Source: Alphaproteobacteria bacterium
Lineage (GTDB): Bacteria > Pseudomonadota > Alphaproteobacteria > GCA-2731375
DNA: 64,000 nt
Direction: 5' to 3'
Assembly (NCBI GenBank): GCA_021776235.1
Contig: JAJFGG010000010.1
Span: 10,478-74,477 of the forward strand
The notes under the pieces are model-generated. The model was given only the letters and a program-made list of their open reading frames with translations. It was not told the DNA's origin and did no database searches. Each line of letters begins with the position of its first letter. Position 1 is the first letter of the stretch. The position numbers and the translations under genes were made by a program. Shown here piece by piece: positions 11,319-21,817 of this stretch.

Positions 11319-12281
11319 TCAGTCATCATATCGGACCTTTGGATCGAGGAAGCCGTAGCATAGATCCACCACCAAATTGGTGGCGATGACAATAAGACCA
11401 ACGACCAGAAATATTCCCGTGATGACCGGATAATCCCGGGCTGACACGGATTCCAGAAGCAACTGCCCGATGCCTGGAATTGTAAAGATCTGCTCGATAA
11501 TGACCGTGCCGCCGATCAGGATGGGAACGAACAGCCCGATCAAGGTAATCACGGGGATCAATGCGTTCTTCATGGCGTGGCGCAGGATGATGACTCTTTC
11601 CTTCAGGCCCTTTGCCCAGGCGGTGCGGATATAGTCCTGGCGCAGCACCTCCAACATCATCGTGCGGGTCATGCGCATGGTCACGGCGGACAGGGCCAGA
11701 CCCAGAATTAGGCTTGGCGTCAGGAATACCTGCAAATTCCGGATGGGATCGTCCAGAAACGGAACAGCGCCTGTCGGCGTGCTCCAGCCCCACCAGATGG
11801 CCGGCATGATGACAACCATTGTGCCCAGCCAGAAACTCGGAATAGACAAGCCCAGAATGGAGATGGTCCGGCCCACATGATCGCCCAGGGTTTCCTGGTG
11901 AATGGCGGAGTAAATGCCGATCGGTATGGCGATGACCAGGGCGAAGAACAGCCCCAGGGCGCCCAGTTCAAGTGTGTAGGGCAGGCGCGCCTTGATATCG
12001 TCGATCACCGGCGTGTCCTGCCACAGGGAATTGCCCAGATCGCCGTGCAGGACCAGCTTTTTGGCCCATACCAGATACTGCACATAGATCGGCTCGTGCA
12101 GCCCCAGGGCCTCGGTGATTTGTGCCCGGGTCTCTCTGTCAGAGGCACCGAAATCATTCTCGCTCAACATCAAATCAATTATGTCGCCGGGAATGAGCCG
12201 GATAACTGAAAAGACGATGATGCTTGCAAAAAAAAGCGTTGGTATGAGGGCAAGCAATCTGCGGATCAGATATGTCTGCAT
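11319..12281 (-). CDS. ABC transporter permease, DppB/OppB-like (system 1)
   Basis: Binding-protein-dependent permease fold (TAWAKGLKERVIILRHAMKNAL). Start set at MQTYLIRRLLAL, which is preceded by GAGGGAGAATTC. The ORF track extends to 12335. Confidence 0.85.
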   Translation of the reverse strand: MQTYLIRRLLALIPTLFFASIIVFSVIRLIPGDIIDLMLSENDFGASDRETRAQITEALGLHEPIYVQYLVWAKKLVLHGDLGNSLWQDTPVIDDIKARLPYTLELGALGLFFALVIAIPIGIYSAIHQETLGDHVGRTISILGLSIPSFWLGTMVVIMPAIWWGWSTPTGAVPFLDDPIRNLQVFLTPSLILGLALSAVTMRMTRTMMLEVLRQDYIRTAWAKGLKERVIILRHAMKNALIPVITLIGLFVPILIGGTVIIEQIFTIPGIGQLLLESVSARDYPVITGIFLVVGLIVIATNLVVDLCYGFLDPKVRYDD

Positions 12282-12411
12282 GAATTCTCCCTCGACCGGC
12301 AGCCTGATCCGTATCTTCGGATTGATAACTGACAAATGTCAGATTGACCCCCCTGTCGGAAAGAGTCAATCCGGCCCCGGATCATGGAAATCCGCCCAAA
12401 GCACATTCGGG

Positions 12412-13629
12412 TTAACCGCCAAGACCCTTGGCGACACCCTTCGCAAGCAGGCCGGCGATCTGATCTTCATCGTAGCCCAATTCCGCCAAAACCGCCTCGG
12501 TATCCTGGCCCAGGCGTGGCGGCGGCGTTTTGACGCCCGCGCCGCCATGGGCCATCTTGAAGCCGACGCCGGGCACCCGGTAACCGCGTCCCGTGACCTC
12601 GTCGGCGATGCAATGGATCATGCCCCGTTCCACCAGTTGGCGGCTGTCCATGATCTCGGCCAGGCCACGCACCTTGCCTGCGGGAACGCCCAGGACGCTC
12701 AGGCGTTCCTCCCATTCCAAGGCCGTGGCGCCGGCAAAGGCCTTCGCCAGCGCGTCCTGAACTTCGGCGACGAATTCGGCATTGCCTCCCCAGTCCCGAA
12801 AGCGTGGGTCCGAAAGCAGATCCGGCCGCGCGATAGCCTGGGTCACCGCCTGTGCCTGGGCCGGCGCATTGGCGGCTAGAGCCAGCAGACCGTCCGCGGT
12901 TTCAAACATGCCCGAAAATGGACTGCCGCTGGCGGCCCGGTCGCCTTGCCGCGGCGGCGGCGTCAGGCCCTGCAGAAAGGGCGCCAGCATGGGCGCCATG
13001 ATGGCGATGGCTGCGTCCAACATGGCGACGTCGATGACCTGCCCCGCCCCGGAACGTTCGCGCTGAAACAGCGCCGAAGCGATGGCGAAAGCAGCCGAAA
13101 GACCGGCCACATAGTCGATCATGGGAAAGCCGACCCGGCGCGGCCGGCCGGCATCATCCCCATTTACCGCCATCATGCCCGAGACCGCCTGAACCACATG
13201 ATCATAGGCCGGACGCTGGGCCATGGGGCCGTCCTGGCCGTAGCCCGAGATGGCGCAATAGATCAAACGGGGATTATCACGCCGCAGATGCGCCGTGCCC
13301 AGTTCCAGGCGATCCATCACCCCGGGGCGGAAATTTTCCGTCAGAACATCCGCCGTTGCCGCCAGGCGCCGGACGATTTCCTTGCCTTCGGGCGCCTTCA
13401 GGTCGACCACCACGGAACGCTTATTGGCATTCTGGGCCAGGAAGCCCGGCCCCAATCCGGCCGCAGCCAGCTCTGGATCGCCGCCGCCGAAGCGCACGAA
13501 ATCCGAAGTGCCGGGTTGTTCAACCCGTATCACCTCTGCCCCAAGCAGAGCCAATTGATAGGTGCAATAAGGACCCGCCAGCACGCGTGTTAAGTCCAGA
13601 ACACGGACGCCGGCAAATGGACGGCTCAT
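12412..13629 (-). CDS. CoA-transferase family III (CaiB/BaiF-like)
   Basis: N-terminal GVRVLDLTRVLAGPYCTYQLALLGAEVIRVE is the hallmark of family-III CoA-transferases. Start set at MSRPFAGV. The ORF track extends to 13716. Confidence 0.85.
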   Translation of the reverse strand: MSRPFAGVRVLDLTRVLAGPYCTYQLALLGAEVIRVEQPGTSDFVRFGGGDPELAAAGLGPGFLAQNANKRSVVVDLKAPEGKEIVRRLAATADVLTENFRPGVMDRLELGTAHLRRDNPRLIYCAISGYGQDGPMAQRPAYDHVVQAVSGMMAVNGDDAGRPRRVGFPMIDYVAGLSAAFAIASALFQRERSGAGQVIDVAMLDAAIAIMAPMLAPFLQGLTPPPRQGDRAASGSPFSGMFETADGLLALAANAPAQAQAVTQAIARPDLLSDPRFRDWGGNAEFVAEVQDALAKAFAGATALEWEERLSVLGVPAGKVRGLAEIMDSRQLVERGMIHCIADEVTGRGYRVPGVGFKMAHGGAGVKTPPPRLGQDTEAVLAELGYDEDQIAGLLAKGVAKGLGG

Positions 13630-13775
13630 ATCTATGCAACTCCCAACGACTCGATTAGTGAAAGGAACGGTATTGCGCCCAAGCCACTTAGCGGTATCAT
13701 GATCTGGTCTCAACACCGGCTGGCTAATTGGGATAGGCTAAGCGAAAACAAACCACTTGGGACGGGGAGATTATC

Positions 13776-15308
13776 ATGAACAAGAAAGACCCAGTAACCA
13801 TCAATCTTCGCCGCGGCGCGGCTTTTATCCTGGCGGCATCGATTGCCGCCGTATCAGGCTCCGTTCAGGCAGGGCCGAAAAATGGCGGCACCCTGACGGT
13901 AGGCCTTGAAACCGACGTCAGGGGTTTCGATACCGTCAAAGGCGGCGTTTACGGCGTCTCGGGACGTACCGTGTCCGGTGCGATCGAAGAGCCACTGCTA
14001 ATGTACTCGGCTGATGGCAAGTGGGAGCCGCATTTGGCGACATCCTGGTCCAACAGCGATGACGGCAAAACCTGGACAGTGAAACTGCGCCAAGGCGTGA
14101 AGTTCCATGATGGCAGTGATTTTGATGCCGGCGATGTTGCGGCCCATTACAACCGGATCCTGGATCCCAAAAACAAATCCCGCTCGCGCGGCTTCATTAC
14201 CGCCATCAAGGGTGCGGAAGCGGTGGATGCGCACACCGTCCGCTTCACTCTCGTGCATCCTTGGCAGGGCTTTTTAGGGACGATCGGCGGCCGCGATATG
14301 GCTTCACTGATTGAATCGCCGGAGCAAACGGCATCGGGCAAGCAGAACCGTTCGCCCATTGGCACCGGACCGTACATTTTTCAGGAATGGCGCGGCGGCG
14401 ATCGCCTCATCGTAACCAAAAACCCGAATTATTGGGACAAGGACAAGATCCACCTGGATAAGATCGTTTATCGAATTCTGCCCGACCCCCAGACCCGTTT
14501 TCAGAGTCTCAAGGCCGGCGACGTGGATCTGGTCTGGACCGACCGCGGAAGTTCGATCGTCAACGCCAAAAAAGATAAATCCATAAACGTTTTCGTCCAG
14601 GATGGCGCCGGCTCGGGCCTGACTTTGCTGAATGCCAGCAAGCCGCCGCTCGACAACGAGATCGTGCGTCAGGCGGTCCGTCACGCCATGAATCAAAAGG
14701 CCGTCAATGCAGTTTTGTGGAAGAATACAAAAGCATTTGTCGAACATCCCACTGGCTTCAAATGCGGTGATGTGAGTTACCCGTATCACAACATGGAAAA
14801 AGCCAAGGAACTGGTGAAACAGTATGGCAAACCCATCAAGTTGCAGATGATTCACACAACCACGCCCCGTGGCCGTGAATTTGGCGAAATCAACCAGCAA
14901 CTGATGAAGAAGGCGGGCATCGAGTTGGAGTTGCTACCGGTTGATCAGAACATTCTGGTCAAACGGGTTTTCACCAACGAATACATGATGAGCGGCTGGC
15001 GTGTCGCGGACTCGATCGATGTTGGCGCGCAGCTCTTCGCACTTTCCTACTCCAAGAGCCCCTACAACATCACCCGCAACAAAAAACCGGAATTGGACCA
15101 ACTGGCCCTTGGTATGCGGACAGCGAAAACCATGGAGCTCAGGGAAAAGATGCAATGCAAATTGGCCGCATATATTAACAAGACCGGCAACATGGCCTTC
15201 GGCGGCGGCAATCGTTACCACATTATCACGCAGCCGAATATCAAGGGCATGCGGGCCTTCAGCTATGGCACGCCATATGTCTGGTATCTGTGGAAGGAAA
15301 ACGGTTAG
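13776..15308 (+). CDS. ABC transporter substrate-binding protein, family 5 (system 2)
   Basis: 510 aa. Signal peptide. GGGAG-like RBS upstream. SBP_bac_5-type sequence. Confidence 0.85.
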   Translation: MNKKDPVTINLRRGAAFILAASIAAVSGSVQAGPKNGGTLTVGLETDVRGFDTVKGGVYGVSGRTVSGAIEEPLLMYSADGKWEPHLATSWSNSDDGKTWTVKLRQGVKFHDGSDFDAGDVAAHYNRILDPKNKSRSRGFITAIKGAEAVDAHTVRFTLVHPWQGFLGTIGGRDMASLIESPEQTASGKQNRSPIGTGPYIFQEWRGGDRLIVTKNPNYWDKDKIHLDKIVYRILPDPQTRFQSLKAGDVDLVWTDRGSSIVNAKKDKSINVFVQDGAGSGLTLLNASKPPLDNEIVRQAVRHAMNQKAVNAVLWKNTKAFVEHPTGFKCGDVSYPYHNMEKAKELVKQYGKPIKLQMIHTTTPRGREFGEINQQLMKKAGIELELLPVDQNILVKRVFTNEYMMSGWRVADSIDVGAQLFALSYSKSPYNITRNKKPELDQLALGMRTAKTMELREKMQCKLAAYINKTGNMAFGGGNRYHIITQPNIKGMRAFSYGTPYVWYLWKENG

Positions 15309-15360
15309 GCCTGCAAGGCGCATGAATGTGCGGCGTCCGGACAACTAGTGGACACAGCAG

Positions 15361-16314
15361 ATGCGCTATCTCGCATCCAGGCTAGGGCATTTGCTGGCGG
15401 TCTTGTTCTCCGTCACCATTCTAACCTTTGTACTCGTGAACGTCCTGCCCGGCGATATCGCCTATGATATCGCCGGGCTCGACGCTTCGGAAAAAGAGGT
15501 TCAGGCCATCCGCGAGGATCTGGGCCTCAATCGACCGGTCTTTATTCGCTACGTCGAATGGCTGGGCGGCGTCCTGACGGGCGACTGGGGACAATCCTAC
15601 CGGACCGGCGAACCGGTCCTCGAAGCGATCATGAGCCGCTTCCCGGTGTCTTTGGAGCTGGTCATCATCGCTCAGGTCATCGCGCTGCTATTAGCGGTGC
15701 CACTTGGCGTTATCAGCGCCCTTCGCGCCAATAGCCGATTTGACAGAGTGGTCGCGGTTGCCGGTTTCTTCTGTCTGTCGATACCCAATTTTATGATGGC
15801 GATCATTCTGATCTACGTCTTTGGCCTTTGGCTGAATTGGTTACCGGTGACCGGTTATGAACCCATATCCGAGGGCCTTTGGGCCAACCTTAGAAATTTT
15901 ATTCTGCCGGCCTCCAGTTTTGCTCTTGCGGAATGGACCGTGCTGGCCCGCGTCCTGCGTTCCGACATGATTGGCGTGCTGCAGGAAGACTATATCTCCA
16001 TGGCCCGGGCCAAGGGCATGCCTGTGCGGCGGATCCTATGGGTTCATGCCATGCGGCCGTCCTCATTTTCATTGATCACCCTGCTCGGCCTGCAGGTTGG
16101 CGCGTTGATCGGCGGTTCAATCATTATTGAATCGATCTTCGCGCTACCCGGCGTCGGCCGCCTGCTGGTGGGTTCGGTTTTCGCCCGCGACTTCTTGATC
16201 ATTCAAGGCTGTATCACCTTGATCGCCGTAGCCTACGTCGTAATCAATTTTGCCGTCGACGTCTGTTATGCGCTGCTTGACCCAAGGGTCAGAACGGCGA
16301 GGTCCCATGGCTAG
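15361..16314 (+). CDS. ABC transporter permease, DppB-like (system 2)
   Basis: 317 aa. Multi-TM. Conserved motif SMARAKGMPVRRILWVHAMRPS. Confidence 0.85.
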   Translation: MRYLASRLGHLLAVLFSVTILTFVLVNVLPGDIAYDIAGLDASEKEVQAIREDLGLNRPVFIRYVEWLGGVLTGDWGQSYRTGEPVLEAIMSRFPVSLELVIIAQVIALLLAVPLGVISALRANSRFDRVVAVAGFFCLSIPNFMMAIILIYVFGLWLNWLPVTGYEPISEGLWANLRNFILPASSFALAEWTVLARVLRSDMIGVLQEDYISMARAKGMPVRRILWVHAMRPSSFSLITLLGLQVGALIGGSIIIESIFALPGVGRLLVGSVFARDFLIIQGCITLIAVAYVVINFAVDVCYALLDPRVRTARSHG

Positions 16315-17218
16315 TGCGACCACCCAGGAACGGCTCGATCAGACCGGCAACCAGGAGCAGGAAAACCAGGCCGCCCAGGCAGCTGCCCGTAAGCGGGCGC
16401 GGTATGGTCCGTTTTTCTGGGTCCCCCTGATTTGGCTGGGGACCATCGTTTTTTGCGCGGCCTTTGCGGATATCCTGCCCTTACAGCCAAATGACGAGAT
16501 GGATTTCACGGCCATCAGTTCGCCGCCCTGGGAAGCCGAGGGCCATATTATGGGCACCGATCTGCAGGGCCGCGATGTGCTCTCGCGTATTATCTACGGC
16601 GCCAGGGTCTCCCTGACCGTCGGCATTGTCGCCACCGTAATCGGTATGACGTTTGGCCTGATGATCGGCTTGCTGGCTGGTTATTACCGGGGCTGGGTCG
16701 AAACGGCGATTACGCTCGGTCTGGACACTTTGCTGGCCTTGCCGGCCTTGGTGATCCTCTTGTTGGCCTCGGTAATTTTCGGCGGCAGCCTGACCGTGGT
16801 CAGCGTTTCCTTGGGATTTCTTTTGATACCGGCCTTCGCCAGGGTCAGCCGGGCCAACACGCTGAACTTCGCGCAACGGGAATTCGTCGTTGCGGCAAAG
16901 GCGATGGGCGCGCGTGATGTGCGTATCATCGTACTGGAGATATTGCCGAATGTCGTTTTGCCGGTTGCCGCGTACGCCTTGGTCGTGGTCGCCTTCGCCA
17001 TCGTGGTCGAGGGCGCCTTGAGTTTCCTGGGCTTAAGTGTCCCTTCGCCGATGCCAAGCTGGGGCGGCATGATCGCCGAGGGGCGCGAGTCCCTGGGCGA
17101 AACGCCGCATATCAGCTTCATTCCGGCAACGGTGATGTTCCTGACCGTGCTGTCCTTCAATCTGGTTGGAGATGCTCTGCGCAGCAAACTCGCCGACCTG
17201 CGCGAGAGCGCGCTTTAG
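16307..17218 (+). CDS. ABC transporter permease, DppC-like (system 2)
   Basis: Start at MASATTQERL overlaps the previous stop by 8 nt. Multi-TM. Conserved motif AAKAMGARDVRIIVLEILPN. Confidence 0.85.
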   Translation: MASATTQERLDQTGNQEQENQAAQAAARKRARYGPFFWVPLIWLGTIVFCAAFADILPLQPNDEMDFTAISSPPWEAEGHIMGTDLQGRDVLSRIIYGARVSLTVGIVATVIGMTFGLMIGLLAGYYRGWVETAITLGLDTLLALPALVILLLASVIFGGSLTVVSVSLGFLLIPAFARVSRANTLNFAQREFVVAAKAMGARDVRIIVLEILPNVVLPVAAYALVVVAFAIVVEGALSFLGLSVPSPMPSWGGMIAEGRESLGETPHISFIPATVMFLTVLSFNLVGDALRSKLADLRESAL

Positions 17219-17230
17219 AGCGTGTCGCCG

Positions 17231-18226
17231 TCAATCCCCGGTCAATGGGAAATGGCAGGCCAGGGTATGGCCGGGGGCTATCTCTTCCAGCGGCGGGACG
17301 ACCTGGGTACAGAGATCCTGCGCCTTCGGGCAGCGGCTATTGAAGCGGCAGCCCGAAGGCGGGTTGATCGCGGACGGTAATTCACCTTCTTTCATGGCGA
17401 TGGGCTGAGGTGGGCGGCCCGGATCGGCCTCGGGAATGGCACTCAACAGGGCGGCGGTATAGGGATGCGCCGGCTGACGGTAGAGAGTGTCGGAATCGGC
17501 AAGCTCGCAAATTCGGCCCATATACATCACCGCAACCCGGTCGCAGACCACCTTGACCACGGAAAGGTCATGGGAAATGAACAGCATGGTCAGGTGATAG
17601 CGTTCCTTCATATCGAGAAGCAGATTGATGATCTGCGCCTGGATCGAGACGTCCAGCGCCGATACAGGTTCATCGCAGATCAGCATCGATGGTTCCGAGA
17701 CCAGCGCCCTGGCAATGCTGATACGCTGACATTGCCCGCCCGAGAACTGAAACGGCCGCCTGTCCAGTGAGGTTTCGGGGTCGAGGCCAACCGCCTCCAG
17801 AACCTCGCGAACCCGCGCCTTGCGCTCCTCCGGCGTGCCTTCGCCCATGACCACCAGCGGCATCTCGACGATATCCGAGACCTTTCGGCGTGGATTGAGC
17901 GAGGAAATCGGGTCCTGAAATATCATCTGGAACTGTTTTCGCTGGCGCCGCAGCTGACTGCCATTGAGCGCGGCGAGATCGACGCCGTTCAAGATGACTT
18001 TGCCCGAGGTCGGCGCGGGCAACTGCATCACGGCCCGCGCGGTGCTCGATTTGCCACAGCCTGACTCACCGACCAGGCCCAGCGTCTCACCCGGATAGAT
18101 GTCAAAACTGACACCGGAGACCGCATGCACCACTTCCCGTTTACCGAGACGAAATTCCATCACCATGTCCTCGACCCGCAGCACGGGATCGGGCATCGAC
18201 GTTTGTTGTGGTATTGCCGACGGCAT
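17231..18226 (-). CDS. ABC transporter ATP-binding protein, OppF-like (system 2, opposite strand to SBP/permeases)
   Basis: Walker [10 protein letters not shown]. Signature FSGGQCQR. Walker [13 protein letters not shown]. Start at ATG 18226-18224 forms a TAATG overlap with the upstream ATPase stop. An alternative start lies at 18196. Confidence 0.8.
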   Translation of the reverse strand: MPSAIPQQTSMPDPVLRVEDMVMEFRLGKREVVHAVSGVSFDIYPGETLGLVGESGCGKSSTARAVMQLPAPTSGKVILNGVDLAALNGSQLRRQRKQFQMIFQDPISSLNPRRKVSDIVEMPLVVMGEGTPEERKARVREVLEAVGLDPETSLDRRPFQFSGGQCQRISIARALVSEPSMLICDEPVSALDVSIQAQIINLLLDMKERYHLTMLFISHDLSVVKVVCDRVAVMYMGRICELADSDTLYRQPAHPYTAALLSAIPEADPGRPPQPIAMKEGELPSAINPPSGCRFNSRCPKAQDLCTQVVPPLEEIAPGHTLACHFPLTGD

Positions 18227-19212
18227 TATGCTGCCGTCTCCGCCACCGGCACGCCAACAGGCCGCCAACAGGCAAATGCGTGTTCGGACCCGACTTCGGA
18301 CGCCAAAACCGGTTCCTCTTCGCGGCACCGTTCCTCGGCCCTGGTGCAGCGCGGCGCAAAGCGGCAACCGGGCGGCGGATAGATCAAATTGGGCGGCTGC
18401 CCGCTGATGGTTCGCAGGCGGGCATGGGTTGGATGGTCAAGATGGGGAATACTCTCCATCAACGCCTGGGTGTAGGGCATTCGGGTATTGCCGAACAAGT
18501 CTTTGGTCGAGGATCGCTCGACCATCTTGCCGGCATACATCACTGCTATTTCATCTGTCCGCCCGGCCACCACGCCAAGATCATGAGTAATCAGGATCAT
18601 CGACATATTTCGTTCGCGCTGCTGTTCGCGCAGCAGATCCAGGATGCCCGATTGCACAGTGACATCCAGCGCCGTCGTCGGTTCGTCCGCGATCAGCAGC
18701 TTGGGTTCGCAGGCCAGCGCGATGGCAATTGCCACCCGCTGCCGGATGCCGCCTGATAGCTGATGCGGGTACTGATCGATGCGGCGTTCCGGCGCGGAAA
18801 TGCCAACTGCCCGCAACAACTCAACCCCGCGGTCGTGCGCTTCGGCCTTTGTCATGCCAAGATGATGGATCAGGGTTTCCGAGATCTGAGCCCCAACTTT
18901 CATCACCGGATTAAGCGAGGTCATGGGATCTTGGAAAATCATCGCCATATCCCGGCCCCTGATGGCGCGCAACTGCTTCTCGCCAAGAGCCCGCAGGTCC
19001 TGACCGTTGAACAGTATTCGGGCCCGCTCGGAAATCTTGGCGCTTGCGGGCAGCAGCCCCATCAAGGTACGGCACAGGATCGTCTTGCCACAGCCGGATT
19101 CTCCGACCAGACCCAGCGTGACCCCTTGTTTCAACGTAAACGACACGCCGTCGACGGCACGGACAAGACCTCGTGCCGTCATAAAATGGGTGTGCAGGTT
19201 CTCGACCCGCAA
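18226..19212 (-). CDS. ABC transporter ATP-binding protein, OppD-like (system 2)
   Basis: Walker A GESGCGKT. Signature LSGGIRQR. Walker [13 protein letters not shown]. Confidence 0.85.
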   Translation of the reverse strand: MRVENLHTHFMTARGLVRAVDGVSFTLKQGVTLGLVGESGCGKTILCRTLMGLLPASAKISERARILFNGQDLRALGEKQLRAIRGRDMAMIFQDPMTSLNPVMKVGAQISETLIHHLGMTKAEAHDRGVELLRAVGISAPERRIDQYPHQLSGGIRQRVAIAIALACEPKLLIADEPTTALDVTVQSGILDLLREQQRERNMSMILITHDLGVVAGRTDEIAVMYAGKMVERSSTKDLFGNTRMPYTQALMESIPHLDHPTHARLRTISGQPPNLIYPPPGCRFAPRCTRAEERCREEEPVLASEVGSEHAFACWRPVGVPVAETAA

Positions 19213-19423
19213 AAGCAGTTCCTGTTCGATGTGACCCCCCGGTATTGTGGGGAAAGTCTAGCCGAATAGGCGGGGGATGGAAATAGTCGGCGCGCGGAAG
19301 CCGGTCGCGAAAAATGCTAAGTCTGAGCGACCGCGGCCCCGGATTTTTTCGGTGCCCACCACCGCAATCTACCCTATCGTTAGGGCGATCCAATTTTTTC
19401 AAATCCTTGGGAGAGCGCCGAAT

Positions 19424-20320
19424 ATGTCCAACAGCCCCAGCCTTCGCGATCTGTTACAGGGCCCCGAAATCGTCGTGGCGCCGGGGGTCTATGACGCCTT
19501 TGGTGCCCTTATGGTGGAACGGGCCGGCTTTGCCGCAGCTTATCTGTCTGGCGCTTCAATTGCCTATACCCGCTTTGGCCGGCCGGACCTGGGCCTGGTG
19601 GGCATGGACGAGGTCGCCGCTGTTCTCTCGGCCATCGGCGAGCGGGTCCAGGTGCCGTTGATCGTCGATGCCGATACCGGCTATGGCAACGCCTTGAACG
19701 TGATCCGCACCGTCAAACTATTCGAGCGGAATGGCGCTGCCATTATCCAGTTGGAAGATCAGGACCTGCCCAAACGTTGCGGCCATCTGGCCGGCAAAAC
19801 CCTGGTGCCGGCGGCCGAAATGGTCGGCAAGATCAAGGCCGCCCTGGATGCCCGGCGCAGCGCGGACACCCTGATCATGGCCCGTACCGATGCTATCGCG
19901 GTCGAAGGCCTGGAAGCCGCGTTGGAGCGGGCCGAACGTTACCGCGAAGCCGGCGCCGACATCCTGTTCGTGGAAGCACCCCGGGACCTCGAGGAAATGC
20001 ATGCCGTCACCAGCCGCCTGGGCGGCCAAGTGCCCTTGCTGGCCAATATGGTGGAGGGCGGCAAGACCCCCATCCTGCCGGCCCGGGAATTACAGAACAT
20101 CGGCTATTCCATGGTCATCTTCCCGGGCGGCCTGGCCCGCGCGGTAGGTCATCTGATGGGCCGCTATCTTGACAGTCTGCGAAGCCACGGCGAAACCGGG
20201 CCTTTCCGTGACCAGATGATCGACTTTGACGAGATGAATGCGCTGATCGGCACGCCGGAAATGCTAGCCAGCGGCAACCGTTACGATGCGGCCAATTTTA
20301 CGAACGAGGATGAGCGCTGA
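19424..20320 (+). CDS. isocitrate lyase/PEP mutase superfamily enzyme (methylisocitrate-lyase-like, KRCGH motif)
   Basis: Start MSNSPSLRD has a GGAGAG RBS 10 nt upstream. Active-site loop DQDLPKRCGHLAGK matches the ICL/PrpB K-[KR]-C-G-H signature. 299 aa. Confidence 0.8.
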   Translation: MSNSPSLRDLLQGPEIVVAPGVYDAFGALMVERAGFAAAYLSGASIAYTRFGRPDLGLVGMDEVAAVLSAIGERVQVPLIVDADTGYGNALNVIRTVKLFERNGAAIIQLEDQDLPKRCGHLAGKTLVPAAEMVGKIKAALDARRSADTLIMARTDAIAVEGLEAALERAERYREAGADILFVEAPRDLEEMHAVTSRLGGQVPLLANMVEGGKTPILPARELQNIGYSMVIFPGGLARAVGHLMGRYLDSLRSHGETGPFRDQMIDFDEMNALIGTPEMLASGNRYDAANFTNEDER

Positions 20321-20398
20321 TCCAATTCCGCCTTGCCATGATGCCCGCAGAAAACTATCAGACCGGCGTCTTGCCGTGACACCGCGAAAGGCCAAGCC

Positions 20399-21817
20399 AT
20401 GAGTATTCTACCCGCCAATGGCAAACGGTTCGAGGTTCAGGTGCCCGTCGCGATCATTGGCGGCGGCGCCTGCGGCCTGGTCGCCGCCCTAACCCTGGCC
20501 GATGCCGGCATTGCGCCGCTGGTGTTGGAACGGGATGCCATGCCCACGGGTTCCACCGGATTATCATCGGGCATGATTCCAGCCTGTGGCACCGCCATGC
20601 AGCGTGCCGAAGGGGTCGAAGATACAGTCGAAATGCTGGTCCATGACATCCAGGCCAAGGCCCAGGATCAGGCCGACCCCGAAATCGTGCGGGCCGTCGC
20701 CGCGGCCTCCGGCCCCAGCGTGGAATGGCTGGTGGGGCGCCATGGGGTCGAACTGACACTGGTCGGCGGTTTCCTCTATCCGGGCTTTTCGGCCCTGCGC
20801 ATGCACGCCCCGCCCTCGCGCCAGGGGGCGGACCTGATGGCAGGCCTGTTGCGCGCCGCGGAAAACGCCGGCATCGACATCATGACCAATGCCAGGGTCA
20901 CCGATCTGGTGGCCGAGACCGATGGCCGCGTCGTCGGCCTGTGCCTGGAGCGGCCCGATGGAACAAGCGAGGAAATCGGCTGCCAGGCCCTGATCCTGGC
21001 TTGCAACGGTTTTGCCGGCAATCCGGCCATGGTGCGGCAGCATATCCCCGAAATGGCGGCGGCGGAATATTTCGGCCATCCTGGAAATCAAGGTGAGGCC
21101 GTCATCTGGGGCACGGCCCTGGGGGCGGCGGCGCGTCATATGAGTGCCTATCAGGGCCACGGGTCCGTCGCCACGCCCCACGGCATTTTGATAACCTGGG
21201 CCCTGATGATGAACGGCGGGTTCCAGATCAATAATCTCGGCCAACGCTTTTCCAACGAACACCACGGCTATTCAGAACAAGCGGTGGAAGTACTGGCCCA
21301 ACCGGACGGAATTGCCTGGCTGGTCTTCGACGACCGGCTGTTAGCGCTGGGTCACCAGTTCGAAGAGTTCAACCTTGCAGTAGCCGCGGGCGCCATCCGC
21401 CACGGCGCCGACAGCGCGGCCCTTGCCCAGGCCATCGACGTACCCGCCGGCGCCCTGGCCCGGACCCTGGCCGAGACAAATGCCCATGCGTTGGGAGATA
21501 GCAGCGACCGCTTTGGCCGTGATTTTACCAGCCAACCGGCATTGCAAGCGCCCTACCATGCCATCAAGGTTAGCGGCGCACTGTTCCATACCCAGGGGGG
21601 CCTGGAAATCGATGCGGGGGCAAGGGTGCTGCGCCCCGACGGCAGCCCCCTGCCGAACCTGTTTGCTGGCGGCGGGGCTGCATGCGGTATATCGGGCAGC
21701 CAGGTTTGGGGCTACCTTTCCGGCAACGGCTTGCTCACCGCGGTCAATCTCGGCCGCCTGGCGGGGCAGACGGCAGCCACCTATATCGCCGCAATCGAAA
21801 AGGGGTATGCGACATGA
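20399..21817 (+). CDS. FAD-dependent oxidoreductase (fumarate reductase / succinate dehydrogenase flavoprotein-like, FAD_binding_2 type)
   Basis: N-terminal Rossmann motif VAIIGGGACGLVAALTLA. C-terminal FAGGGAACGISG. 472 aa. Confidence 0.75.
   Translation: MSILPANGKRFEVQVPVAIIGGGACGLVAALTLADAGIAPLVLERDAMPTGSTGLSSGMIPACGTAMQRAEGVEDTVEMLVHDIQAKAQDQADPEIVRAVAAASGPSVEWLVGRHGVELTLVGGFLYPGFSALRMHAPPSRQGADLMAGLLRAAENAGIDIMTNARVTDLVAETDGRVVGLCLERPDGTSEEIGCQALILACNGFAGNPAMVRQHIPEMAAAEYFGHPGNQGEAVIWGTALGAAARHMSAYQGHGSVATPHGILITWALMMNGGFQINNLGQRFSNEHHGYSEQAVEVLAQPDGIAWLVFDDRLLALGHQFEEFNLAVAAGAIRHGADSAALAQAIDVPAGALARTLAETNAHALGDSSDRFGRDFTSQPALQAPYHAIKVSGALFHTQGGLEIDAGARVLRPDGSPLPNLFAGGGAACGISGSQVWGYLSGNGLLTAVNLGRLAGQTAATYIAAIEKGYAT

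Noticed and set aside
20437-21265. Several 70-230-aa ORFs on both strands within the flavoprotein gene
   Set aside because: High-GC shadow frames. The 472-aa plus-strand product has the Rossmann FAD motif and a coherent sequence.
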